Assembly: GCA_965219675.1 (NCBI GenBank)
Contig: OZ244786.1
Coordinates: forward strand, 3,674,597 to 3,738,596
DNA length: 64,000 bases
Source of the DNA: Candidatus Multivorans sp.
Lineage (GTDB): Bacteria > Acidobacteriota > Thermoanaerobaculia > Multivoradales > Multivoraceae
Direction of reading: 5' to 3'
This document shows, piece by piece, positions 47,882 to 56,902 of the stretch. The notes under the pieces are model-generated. The model made no database searches and was not told where the DNA came from. It worked only from the letters and a program-made list of their open reading frames with translations. The translations under genes were made by a program, and so were the position numbers. The first letter of the stretch is position 1. The number at the start of each line of letters is the position of its first letter.

Positions 47882-49162
47882 GTGACGCGGCAGGACTTGC
47901 TCGCTCGCCTGGCGCAGCGGAACGATCGACGGATTGTCCTCCTGGTGCTTGACGGCATCGGCGACCTGCGCACCGCCGACCAGCCGCGGACGGCCCTCGA
48001 GGAGGCCCGGACCCCGAACCTCGACCGTCTGGCCGCACGGTCGGCGCTGGGCCGCCTGGTGCCGGCGGGAACCGGCGTCACGCCGGGCAGCGGACCGGGC
48101 CATCTGTCGCTGTTCGGGTACGAACCGACCTCGCCCGACGCGGACATCGGCCGCGGCGTGCTGGAGGCGCTCGGCCTCGGCCTGGACTTCCCGCCCGACG
48201 TGGTCGTCGCGCGGGGCAACTTCGCCACCGTCGACGAGGCCGGGCTGCTCCTCGACCGCCGGGCCGGACGCATCCCGACCGCGGAGGGCGAGCGGATCTG
48301 CGCGCTCCTCGCGCGGCGGATCGAGGCCGCCGGCGGCGTGCTCAGCGACGGGGTGCGCGTCGAGGTGCACCCGGGCGAGGCGTACCGCTTCGTGCTCCTG
48401 TTCCGGGCGGCGGAAGGGACGCCGGCGCTCGATCCGGGTCTGCGGGACACGGACCCGCAACGGCTCGGCGTACCGCCTCTCCCGCTCGAGGCGGCCGCGG
48501 CAGCGGCCGGCGACGGTGGTGCCGCTGGTCACGCGGACGCGGCCCGGGAGACCGTCCGCCGCATCGCGCCGGCCGTCGAGGCGCTGCAGCGGGAACTGCG
48601 CGCCGAGGAGCGCGCGAACACCTTCCTGCTCCGGGGTTTCTCCAGCCTGCCGGCGCTACCCGGCGTCGGCGAGCTGTACCGCCTGCGCGCGGCCGCGCTG
48701 GCCGGCTATCCGCTCTACCGCGGCGTGGCGAAGGCCTGCGGCATGGACGTCGTCGACTGCGGCAAGCCGTTCGGGCAGGTGCTCGGCCGGCTCGAAGAGC
48801 GCTGGAGCGACTTCGACTACTTCTTCCTCCACGTGAAGGGCACCGACATGGCCGGCGAGGAAGGCGACCTGGCGGCGAAGGTCCGCGCGATCGAGGAAGT
48901 GGACGCCCTGCTGCCGCGGCTGCTGGAGCTCGAGCCCGGCGTGCTGGCGATCACGGGCGACCACTCGACCCCGGCGCCGATGAAAGCCCACAGTTGGCAC
49001 CCGGTGCCGCTGCTCTTGTCGTCGGCGATGTGCTTCGTCGACGACTGCGAGCGGTTCACCGAGGCGGAAGCGGTTCGCGGCGCCGTGGGCACGATCCCGT
49101 CGAGCGAGTTGATGGGGCTGCTCCTGGCGAACGCGGGGAAGCTGGCGAAGTTCGGGGCCTGA
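47882..49162 (+). CDS. apgM: cofactor-independent phosphoglycerate mutase, archaeal type (ApgM family)
   Basis: Alkaline-phosphatase-superfamily metal ligands incl. AITGDHSTP; family-length 426 aa. Confidence 0.7.
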   Translation: MTRQDLLARLAQRNDRRIVLLVLDGIGDLRTADQPRTALEEARTPNLDRLAARSALGRLVPAGTGVTPGSGPGHLSLFGYEPTSPDADIGRGVLEALGLGLDFPPDVVVARGNFATVDEAGLLLDRRAGRIPTAEGERICALLARRIEAAGGVLSDGVRVEVHPGEAYRFVLLFRAAEGTPALDPGLRDTDPQRLGVPPLPLEAAAAAAGDGGAAGHADAARETVRRIAPAVEALQRELRAEERANTFLLRGFSSLPALPGVGELYRLRAAALAGYPLYRGVAKACGMDVVDCGKPFGQVLGRLEERWSDFDYFFLHVKGTDMAGEEGDLAAKVRAIEEVDALLPRLLELEPGVLAITGDHSTPAPMKAHSWHPVPLLLSSAMCFVDDCERFTEAEAVRGAVGTIPSSELMGLLLANAGKLAKFGA

Positions 49163-49170
49163 CGCTGCGC

Positions 49171-49336
49171 CCACTGGGTGCCACTGGGGAGCGCCACTGG
49201 GTGCGCCGGCGTCCTCGCCGGCTTCCGGCGGAGCCGCGAAGCGGCGAAGCAGAGGAGCAGCCGCCGGCCGAAGGCCGGCGACGTTTTCTCCGCCGCCTGC
49301 GGCGGCAGCCGGCGGGGACGCCGGCGCACCCAGTGG
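49171..49336 (+). repeat. MITE-like element with ~28-bp REP terminal inverted repeats
   Basis: CACTGGGTGCGCCGGCGTCCTCGCCGGC ... GCCGGCGGGGACGCCGGCGCACCCAGTG; near-identical copy at 51494-51682. Confidence 0.85.
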
Positions 49337-49343
49337 CGCCCAG

Positions 49344-49871
49344 CTAGCGGAAGCCGCGGCGGAGTTCGTTGCGGAAGGTCTGGAAGTTCTGGTCGCCGTG
49401 CAGGCAGACGACGACGCGTTCCAGCTTCGTGCCGCCCTGGAGGTAGCGGTGCACCTCGGTCAGCAGGATGCGGGCGCAGCGGTCGACCGGGTAGCCGAAG
49501 ATGCCGGTGGAGATCGCCGGGATGGCGATCGTGCGCTGGCCGTTGCGGTCCGCGAGGGCCAGCGACGCGCGCACGGCGGCGGCCAGCTTGCGGTCCTCGT
49601 CGCCCTCGCCCATCCGGGGACCGACGGCGTGGATGACCTGCTTCGCCTTCAACGAGCCAGCGCCCGTCATCACCGCAGTGCCGACCGGCGTGCCGCCGAT
49701 GCGGTTGCACTCGTCCTGGATCGAGGTGCCGCCCTTCTCGCGGACCGCGCCGGCGACGCCGCCGCCAAGCTGCAGGTCCTCGTTCGCCGGGTTTACGATC
49801 GCGTCGACTTCGAGTTCAGTGATGTCGCCCTCGATCAGCTCGAGCAGCGTATCGTTCATCCTGACGGCCAC
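49344..49871 (-). CDS. macro-domain protein (O-acetyl-ADP-ribose deacetylase-like)
   Basis: DAIVNPANEDLQLGGGVAGAV...IAIPAISTGIFGYP macro domain motifs. Confidence 0.7.
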   Translation of the reverse strand: MAVRMNDTLLELIEGDITELEVDAIVNPANEDLQLGGGVAGAVREKGGTSIQDECNRIGGTPVGTAVMTGAGSLKAKQVIHAVGPRMGEGDEDRKLAAAVRASLALADRNGQRTIAIPAISTGIFGYPVDRCARILLTEVHRYLQGGTKLERVVVCLHGDQNFQTFRNELRRGFR

Positions 49872-50042
49872 AACCTACTCCCCTAGCTGCCCGCCAACGG
49901 CCGCACCTAACCCCTCCGTTCAGCGACCCGCGAGCGACGGTTTCCCGGAACTGTCTACCGGAACTGTGCGAAGCGGGCCGATTCTAACGTACTGATCGCG
50001 ATTCCGTGTCACAGCGGCGCTCGGACCACCCGAACGGTGCGC

Positions 50043-51452
50043 TCAGAACAGATCGCTGTCGCCCTTCGTGTAGTAGCTCTTGCGCATCAGGGACACGCCG
50101 TCGCCGCACGCGAAGGGGGCCAGACCGGTGACGAGCCCCTGCGGTTCCGGGCGCCGGACCAGGCCGAGAGCGTCCAGTTCCCTTGACAGCCAGCGCGGCC
50201 GGTCGCTGAACCAGCCGGCGACCGGGAGGCCCGGCGCCCGCATCGCGGCGAGCAGCGCGCGCATCGCCGGCCGCTCGGCCGGGTCGACCAGGGCGTCGCC
50301 CCATTCCACCCGGTCGGGCAGCCGCGTCACCGCCGCCCAGGCCGCCAGCCGTCCCCGCCGGTACGCGGCGATCAACTCGGGTCCCCCGGCCGGACGGTCG
50401 AGATAGCGCCAGCGCAGGTACTCGGAGGAGCGCTCGACGAGCAGTCCGTAGCGGTCGCTCACCCGCTCGAACAGGGCATCGAACGCCGCGTCGACTTCGG
50501 AACGCTCCGTGATCCGTCGCAGCTCGTAGCGGGCAGCCAGCCGGGCGTTGCGGCTCAGCGGGGCTTTCCCCTGCCGCTTGCTGCGCAAGCGCTTATCCGG
50601 CGGCAGCTCCCGGTAGGGCACGTCCTCCACCTGCCGCACACCCAGGAAGCGGTTGGAGAACTTCTGGATGTTGCCCGTGTTGAAGCCGTAGTTGAACGCG
50701 ATCCGCCCCTTGCAGTTCACGAGATAGAAGTGCCGCGCCGACCGCGCCAGCAGGCTCGTCGGCCCGCGGCCGACCGCGCGGGCGCTGCGGCGCGTCATCG
50801 TGTCGCCGACCTGGTGGCTGTCGGCGGGGCTCGTCGGCGGCAGGCCGCGCCAGCGCACCGGGTACGCGCAGTACTGGCACGCCAGCTCGCCGTCCGGCGA
50901 GAACGCGAGGGAGATCCGGGGCCCGCCCCGCGGGTTGTGGTGGTACTTCCAGGCCCAGCGCTCCAGGCTCAGGTCGCTGCCGAAGCTGTCCCGGAACAAC
51001 TCGAGGATCGCCGGCTCGTCACCCGACCGGTAGCTGCGGATGCGGTACCCGTCGCGGCGCGCGCGCAGCACGCGGAACGGCGGCGCCGCCTCGTGGCCGG
51101 CGACCGGTTCCGGGAGACCGGCCCGCTCGGCCACCGGCCGGAATCCCGCCTCGAGCAGGTCGAGGACCAGCCGGTCGTAGCCGCTCGGCGCGGACTCCGA
51201 CGCGGCGGCGTCGTAGGCCCAGCCGATGACCACCTCGTCGGGGAGCTCCTCCGCCTCCCCGATCGCCTCCGCGCCCCGCACGAGGCGAAGCCCCTCCGGC
51301 CGTATCGCCTCCAGGCCCCCCCGGGGCAGCACCTTCGCCACCGCCTGGTCCAGACCGCCTTCGGGCTCCGCCCCCGCCCGGCAACGCTCGAGACAACGAT
51401 CCCAGGCCTCGACCGCCGCCGCGGCTGTCTCCGGGCCGCGCTCCGCGTTCAC
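50043..51452 (-). CDS. GNAT/FemAB-like acyltransferase-fold protein
   Basis: 469-aa ORF; acetyltransferase-like central region; weak family assignment. Confidence 0.45.
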   Translation of the reverse strand: MNAERGPETAAAAVEAWDRCLERCRAGAEPEGGLDQAVAKVLPRGGLEAIRPEGLRLVRGAEAIGEAEELPDEVVIGWAYDAAASESAPSGYDRLVLDLLEAGFRPVAERAGLPEPVAGHEAAPPFRVLRARRDGYRIRSYRSGDEPAILELFRDSFGSDLSLERWAWKYHHNPRGGPRISLAFSPDGELACQYCAYPVRWRGLPPTSPADSHQVGDTMTRRSARAVGRGPTSLLARSARHFYLVNCKGRIAFNYGFNTGNIQKFSNRFLGVRQVEDVPYRELPPDKRLRSKRQGKAPLSRNARLAARYELRRITERSEVDAAFDALFERVSDRYGLLVERSSEYLRWRYLDRPAGGPELIAAYRRGRLAAWAAVTRLPDRVEWGDALVDPAERPAMRALLAAMRAPGLPVAGWFSDRPRWLSRELDALGLVRRPEPQGLVTGLAPFACGDGVSLMRKSYYTKGDSDLF

Positions 51453-51493
51453 GCGGATGATCGTACTACCGGGTGCGCCAAGGAAGATGCGTC

Positions 51494-51682
51494 ACAGGGT
51501 GCACCGCTGGGTGCGTCCACTGGGTGCGTCCACTGGGTGCGCCGGCGTCCTCGCCGGCTTCCGGCGGAGCCGCGAAGCGGCGAAGCAGAGGTGCAGCCGC
51601 CGGCCAAAGGCCGGCGACGTTTTCTCCGCCGCCTGCGGCGGCAGCCGGCGGGGACGCCGGCGCACCCAGTGGGGTACCCAGT
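51494..51682 (+). repeat. MITE-like element with REP terminal inverted repeats (copy of 49171-49336)
   Basis: Same TIRs and core as 49171-49336 with extra 5' half-repeats. Confidence 0.85.
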
Positions 51683-51683
51683 G

Positions 51684-52787
51684 TTACTTCTCGAGATCGC
51701 GGCAGGTGGCGTCGCTTGCGCGGACGTACAGCTCTCCTCTCGCGCCGGCGGCTACGTCCTCGGGCAGCTCGAAGTCGGCCAGTGCTCCGGGACCGCCTTC
51801 CAGCCGGCAGGCCGCGGCCGGGACGCCGAGGGGCAGCGGCGTGACCTCGACCCACGTTTCGCCGTCGACGCCTCCTTCCCCCGGCGCTGCGGGCAGCGGT
51901 CCCGGATCGGCGAATCGGCGGGGCACTCGCTCGACGAGGCGGAGCAGCGCCGCGAACCAGGCGCCGTAGCGGCGGCGGCGGAAGCGGGCCATGGACTGTT
52001 CGAACCACATCTGCGCGCGGGGCTCGCGCTTCGCGCTCTGGTCGTACGCGTGAACGGCGCGCGCGGCCGGCGCGAGGACGGCCCTCGCTCCCAGGGCCCG
52101 GGCGCGAAGCAGCCAGTCCGTCTCTTCGAAGTAGAGCCGGTAGCCCTCGTCGAACGGCCCGACCCGCTCCCAGAAGTCCCTCCGTACGGCCAGGAAGGCG
52201 CCGGTCAGCTCGAAGCAGGGCAGCGGTTCCCGGGCCGACCAGAACGCCCGGGCGCGGCGCCGCCAGCGGCGGCGGTAGGACCGGCCCCAGGCCGGCGATC
52301 GCTCGGCCCAGGCCGCGTCGAGTTCCGCGGCCCGCGTGCGGAGCTGCTGGGGCGGCAGCATGAGCCGGCAGCCGCGGTCCCAGAACAGCCGCGGCCCGGC
52401 GATCTCCGCGTCGCCCAGCGCGTCGACGAGGGCGCGCAAACACCCCGCCTCCACGACGACATCCGCGTTCATCAGCAGGAACACCTCGCCTCGGCCCCCG
52501 CGGGCGCCGAGATTGATCCCGCCCGCGTAGCCCAGGTTCGCGCCCGGCTCGACGATCGTCGCGTCCAGGCGCTCCGGGTCGAGGGCCCCGGCGTCTTCCG
52601 CTCGGCCGTCCGGCCGGGCGCCGTTGTCCACCACGACGACATCCATCCGCAAGCCGGAAGCCCGCGCGTCGCGGTGGAGGGCATCGACCGCCGCCTCGAG
52701 CAGCGCGGGCGTGCGGTAGTGGACGATGACCGCCGCGATGGCCGGGCCGGAGGCGCCGGTCACCTCATATCTCGTCCGCGATGCCAT
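51684..52787 (-). CDS. family-2 glycosyltransferase (rhamnosyltransferase-like)
   Basis: AAVIVHYRT...DVVVVDNGA GT2 N-terminal signature, DxD-type region. Confidence 0.65.
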   Translation of the reverse strand: MASRTRYEVTGASGPAIAAVIVHYRTPALLEAAVDALHRDARASGLRMDVVVVDNGARPDGRAEDAGALDPERLDATIVEPGANLGYAGGINLGARGGRGEVFLLMNADVVVEAGCLRALVDALGDAEIAGPRLFWDRGCRLMLPPQQLRTRAAELDAAWAERSPAWGRSYRRRWRRRARAFWSAREPLPCFELTGAFLAVRRDFWERVGPFDEGYRLYFEETDWLLRARALGARAVLAPAARAVHAYDQSAKREPRAQMWFEQSMARFRRRRYGAWFAALLRLVERVPRRFADPGPLPAAPGEGGVDGETWVEVTPLPLGVPAAACRLEGGPGALADFELPEDVAAGARGELYVRASDATCRDLEK

Positions 52788-53577
52788 CCTTCAACCGGGC
52801 GAACAGCGTCCCGCCCAGGACCACGGCCCCGGCCGTGCAGGCGAGCAGCGGAACCAGGCTGACCTGCAGCCCCCCGCCGAGAAACGCGGCCCGGTAGAGG
52901 TAGACGAGGCCCGTCAGCGGGTTGAGCTCGAGCACCAGCCGGATCGTCTCGTCCTGGAGCAGGTTCACCGAGTAGATGATCGGCGTGACGTAGAACCAGG
53001 TGTTCAGGACCAGGCCCGTGGCCTGCGCGACGTCACGGAAGTAGACGTTCGCCCCCGCCAGGGCGAGCCCGAGGCCGAACGTCAGCGCGACCTGCAGGAG
53101 CACGGCGACCAGGAGCAGGGGCAGGCTCGCCACGGAGAGTTCCCCCATGAACGCGAGGACGACGATGAACGCCACGGCGCCCACGGCGGCGTGGAGCAGG
53201 GCGCCGATCACGAGGGACGCCACGAGGAGCTCTCCCGGCAGCCGCATCTTCTTGACCAGGTCCGCGTTGTCCGTGATCGCCGATGCCGAGCGGCTCAGCC
53301 CCTCGTGGATCGCGAACCAGGGCAGCAGGGCGCAGAAGAGGAAGACGGCGAAGTGGTCCGTCGCCTCTCCCGGAAGCTCCAGGCGCACGATGTACGAGAA
53401 GACGAACGTGAACAGCAGCAACTGCCACAGCGGGTTGAGCAGCGACCACAGCAGGCCGAGCGCCGAGCCCGCGTAGCGCGACCGGAGGTTGCGAACGACG
53501 AGCTCGCGCAGCAGGAACAGGGACTGCCGGAAGCGGCGTGCGTCGGGAGGCCGGCGCACCCGGTCCCTGCCGGTCAA
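52765..53577 (-). CDS. ABC-2 type transporter permease (polysaccharide/O-antigen exporter Wzm/KpsM-like)
   Basis: Six predicted TM helices, ABC-2 family signature region. Confidence 0.7.
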   Translation of the reverse strand: MTGRDRVRRPPDARRFRQSLFLLRELVVRNLRSRYAGSALGLLWSLLNPLWQLLLFTFVFSYIVRLELPGEATDHFAVFLFCALLPWFAIHEGLSRSASAITDNADLVKKMRLPGELLVASLVIGALLHAAVGAVAFIVVLAFMGELSVASLPLLLVAVLLQVALTFGLGLALAGANVYFRDVAQATGLVLNTWFYVTPIIYSVNLLQDETIRLVLELNPLTGLVYLYRAAFLGGGLQVSLVPLLACTAGAVVLGGTLFARLKDGIADEI

Positions 53578-54617
53578 TCGACCGGGAACGGGTTGCCGCC
53601 CGGCGCCAGCTCGACGCCCTGGCTGGACGGCGTCACGGCCGAGCAGACCACCGTGAAGCTCACCTCCACGCCGTCCGTGGGGAGACCGGGGATGACTTCG
53701 TCCGCGCTCGCGACTTCCACGGTCACGGTCTGCTCATTCAGGCGATCCGGGTTCGTGCTCGCGCAGCGGTTCGCGTCCGAGGCGACGGTGACGGTCCACT
53801 CGAGAACGCCGGGCTCGTCCATCGCGGGCGGCGCGCCGCTCACGGCACTGAGCGCCACCCCCGCCACACTGCCGTGAATGTCGAGGTCGGCCGTCGCGGC
53901 GACCGTGCCCGTGGTGATGAACCTCGCCCCGGTCAAGGTCACGGTCACTTCCACGTCCGGGTCGCCGCCCGTCGGCCGGGTGAACGAGGACGTGGGCGTC
54001 CTCAGGACCCAGCCGTCCGGGGACCCGAGGACGCAGTCTACCGCCGTGTCGCTGCCGGCGGCGCCGCTACAGTCGGGCACCGGCTTGCGCGGCACGATGT
54101 GCGGGATGATCCCGACCCGGCCGCTCGGCTCGTGCTTCGCGAAGGTCGCCGCGCCGCCTTCCACCGACTTCAGGACGACTCCGCCCGGGTCGGTGGGAGT
54201 CACCCGCGGGTGACCCAGCGAGTCCTTGCGGATCAGCGCGGTGACGGCCGAGTTCGTGTCGTCGTTGATCCAGTACCAGCCGCCGTCCTTCAGGCCGTCG
54301 ATCTCGATCGTGCCGCCGCTTGCGGCCTGACAGGCGAAGCCGTTCTCCACGGTCAGCGCCTGCCGCACGACGCCCGCGCTGTCCGGCATCGCGGTGCCTC
54401 GCGTCGTCACGTTGCCGCAGGTGACGATGAAGGTCACCTCGCTCTCGTCCGTGGTGGTCGTCGGGTCGTCCACGCGGGCCGCATCGCCCACGAATCCGCC
54501 GGTGCCCTCGTAGTAGGGCGCGAGCTGGCAGTTCGCTCCCTCACAGGCGGCGCTCTGGCCCGAGAGCAGCGCGGGGAACGCGACGATCAGGATTGCGGTT
54601 GGAATGACTTGCTTCAC
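53574..54617 (-). CDS. secreted hypothetical protein, paralog A (conserved N-terminal DGGWYWIND domain)
   Basis: GTG start with AAGGAGA RBS; signal peptide VIPTAILIVAFPALLSG; shares ~170-aa N-domain with 54814..56436. Confidence 0.5.
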   Translation of the reverse strand: MKQVIPTAILIVAFPALLSGQSAACEGANCQLAPYYEGTGGFVGDAARVDDPTTTTDESEVTFIVTCGNVTTRGTAMPDSAGVVRQALTVENGFACQAASGGTIEIDGLKDGGWYWINDDTNSAVTALIRKDSLGHPRVTPTDPGGVVLKSVEGGAATFAKHEPSGRVGIIPHIVPRKPVPDCSGAAGSDTAVDCVLGSPDGWVLRTPTSSFTRPTGGDPDVEVTVTLTGARFITTGTVAATADLDIHGSVAGVALSAVSGAPPAMDEPGVLEWTVTVASDANRCASTNPDRLNEQTVTVEVASADEVIPGLPTDGVEVSFTVVCSAVTPSSQGVELAPGGNPFPVD

Positions 54618-54813
54618 GGCTCTCTCCTTCCGCGGCCCGCCGGCCGCCGTTCGAAGCGGATGCGGCTCCAGGGCCGCATATAGCACAACTGCTATATCAC
54701 ACTCGCTGCCAAGAAAGAGAAACGGCCCGCCGAGGCAGAACCTCGACGGGCCGAGAAAGGTGATTGGCGGAGCGGAAGTAAGCCTTGCCTACGCCACCAC
54801 CACCCAGGTTTCC

Positions 54814-56436
54814 CTATTCTTCAAGGGCGCAGTGCACCTGCAACGCCGTCGAGGCATTCAGGCCGTTCGTCCAATGGCCCGGCCTCACGGTCTGAGCAAT
54901 CATCGGAGTCGTGTCGTTCACACTCTGGGCCGAGTAGGCCAGGATGTAGACCAACGCCGTCCGGTTGTTGTTCCGGTTGCAGAACGTCGTAGTCGGCGAG
55001 ATGTCGAGGGTCGCACCCACGTACCGCGTCGTCGAATCTCCAGGCGTCGTCGCGCAGACGACGGCAGGAAGTTCGTGGTCACCGTCGTCCAGACTCTCAT
55101 CCGTGTCCGGGGTCGCCGGATCGTTACCGATCGTGCCGTCGGTACCACCGTGACGCACGGTGACGGTCTTGATCTTCTTCGCGCGATCAACAGTCCCGTC
55201 ATTGTGAGTCTCTACCCAAGTGTCCAGATCCGCCAGTGTAGCGCCCGCATCAGGGCCTGCGTCGGCCATGTTGATCTCCACGGGATCGTCGCCACTCTGA
55301 GCAACGAACTGGAGGTACATGGTCTCCGCTCCACCGGCAGGAGTGAACGTGCGGACATTCTGCATGCACTGCGGCTTGCCGTCAGCGCTGTCCTTGTAGA
55401 AGCCGTCCTCGCGGGCCTTGGTGGCGGAGTCGTCACCGGTTTCAGGTGCCGCGACCAGCTTAGGGGCACCAGGCACCGTCATCATTCCGCCCTCATTGAG
55501 GTGGACTCCCGCATCGGCCAAGTTGGTGCCCAGGCTGCCATCGGCCGACAGGGATGCAACGAATGTCGCCTGGAAGGGCGCCGGCTTCACCGGATACCAG
55601 GAAGGAACCGACAGGTTCCCCCATCCGAGGTGGGGGTTGGCACCAGTCGCGATATGACCCGAGCCGTTCGCCCAGAGATCGAGAGCGATTTCGACATCGC
55701 TGCCGCCACCGGGATTCCGGTGGACGCTGGTCACCTGGTTCGAACGTCCATCGGACGTCATGCTCGTCATCACGATGGTCGTGCCACCGTCACCCAGCAT
55801 GCAGTCGCTGTCGTTCGCGTAGTAGACCTCGTCGTCCGCGTCCCACTCGGGCATGCAGACAGTGGCCGCCTCCGGCTCAGGAACCGGCGGGATCTCGACC
55901 GGCGCGGTCGGGACGAAGTGGGGAAGAATTCCCACTCGACCGGAACCGTGCTTGACGTAGGTGCCATAGTCGCCCGATGTCAGGGTCACGCCGCCCGGAT
56001 CGGTCGGCATGACCTCGTCTCCCGCGAGCGCATCCTTGGCGATCAGGGGAGAAACGGCCGAGTTCATCGAGTCGTTGATCCAGTACCAGCCGCCGTCGGC
56101 GAGGCCGTGAATCTGAATCGAGCCGCCCTCGTCGAGGCAGGCAAGGCCGTTGGCCATGCTGAACAGCTCCCTGACGACACCATCGCTGTCGCCCGCGGCA
56201 CTGCCGCTGGCCGTGGTGTTGCCGCAGGACACGACGAAGTTGGCCATGTCGAAGCCGTCGGCCAGTTCGCCGACGAATCCGCCCTCGCCCATGAAGACAG
56301 GCGCCACGTGGCACTCGTCATCCGGGCAAGCGACATCGACCTTCGCCGGATCGACGACAACGCCGAACTGGCCGAAGGCCGCGAGAGGAATCGCGCAAAG
56401 GAAGAGCGCGATCGTGATGTGCTTCATCAGCTTCAT
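54814..56436 (-). CDS. secreted hypothetical protein, paralog B
   Basis: MKLMKHITIALFLCAIPLAAFG signal peptide; AAGGAG RBS; N-domain homologous to paralog A; lower local GC. Confidence 0.5.
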   Translation of the reverse strand: MKLMKHITIALFLCAIPLAAFGQFGVVVDPAKVDVACPDDECHVAPVFMGEGGFVGELADGFDMANFVVSCGNTTASGSAAGDSDGVVRELFSMANGLACLDEGGSIQIHGLADGGWYWINDSMNSAVSPLIAKDALAGDEVMPTDPGGVTLTSGDYGTYVKHGSGRVGILPHFVPTAPVEIPPVPEPEAATVCMPEWDADDEVYYANDSDCMLGDGGTTIVMTSMTSDGRSNQVTSVHRNPGGGSDVEIALDLWANGSGHIATGANPHLGWGNLSVPSWYPVKPAPFQATFVASLSADGSLGTNLADAGVHLNEGGMMTVPGAPKLVAAPETGDDSATKAREDGFYKDSADGKPQCMQNVRTFTPAGGAETMYLQFVAQSGDDPVEINMADAGPDAGATLADLDTWVETHNDGTVDRAKKIKTVTVRHGGTDGTIGNDPATPDTDESLDDGDHELPAVVCATTPGDSTTRYVGATLDISPTTTFCNRNNNRTALVYILAYSAQSVNDTTPMIAQTVRPGHWTNGLNASTALQVHCALEE

Positions 56437-56902
56437 CAGTTGGTTTTCTCCTTGAGCGGCTTTGCGCCGCCGTTCGTTTGGCCGAACCGGCCGTATGCCG
56501 GCCCGGCAGTTCTTTGATCCGAAGATCAGGTCGCAACGGTGCGGATGACCCGCTTTGTCGCGACCCCTGACGTTCTCTCTGCTGACGGCAACCGGCTCGT
56601 GCGAGCCGTCAACCGCCAACTTCGCTGATGCTGCGCATCACCTCCCGCTAAAAGACTTCAAGGCCGTCTGTCCAAGACGTGAGGGAACTTTAGCCGAAAC
56701 GACGGTGAAGATCCAGTGATGCCGAGGCCGTAGCCAAGTGGGCACAAAGGGATCAGGAAGCGCCGTTCCAACCGAAATCAGTTCCTCCGAAGCTCGACAC
56801 TATAGGGCCTTCGAGGGGATTCGTCAAGGGGCGGGTGTGTGAGAGTCAAATTATTGAGGGGATTGGGGTTATGGGCGGCGGCCGGATGCTGGCCGGAGGG
56901 CG

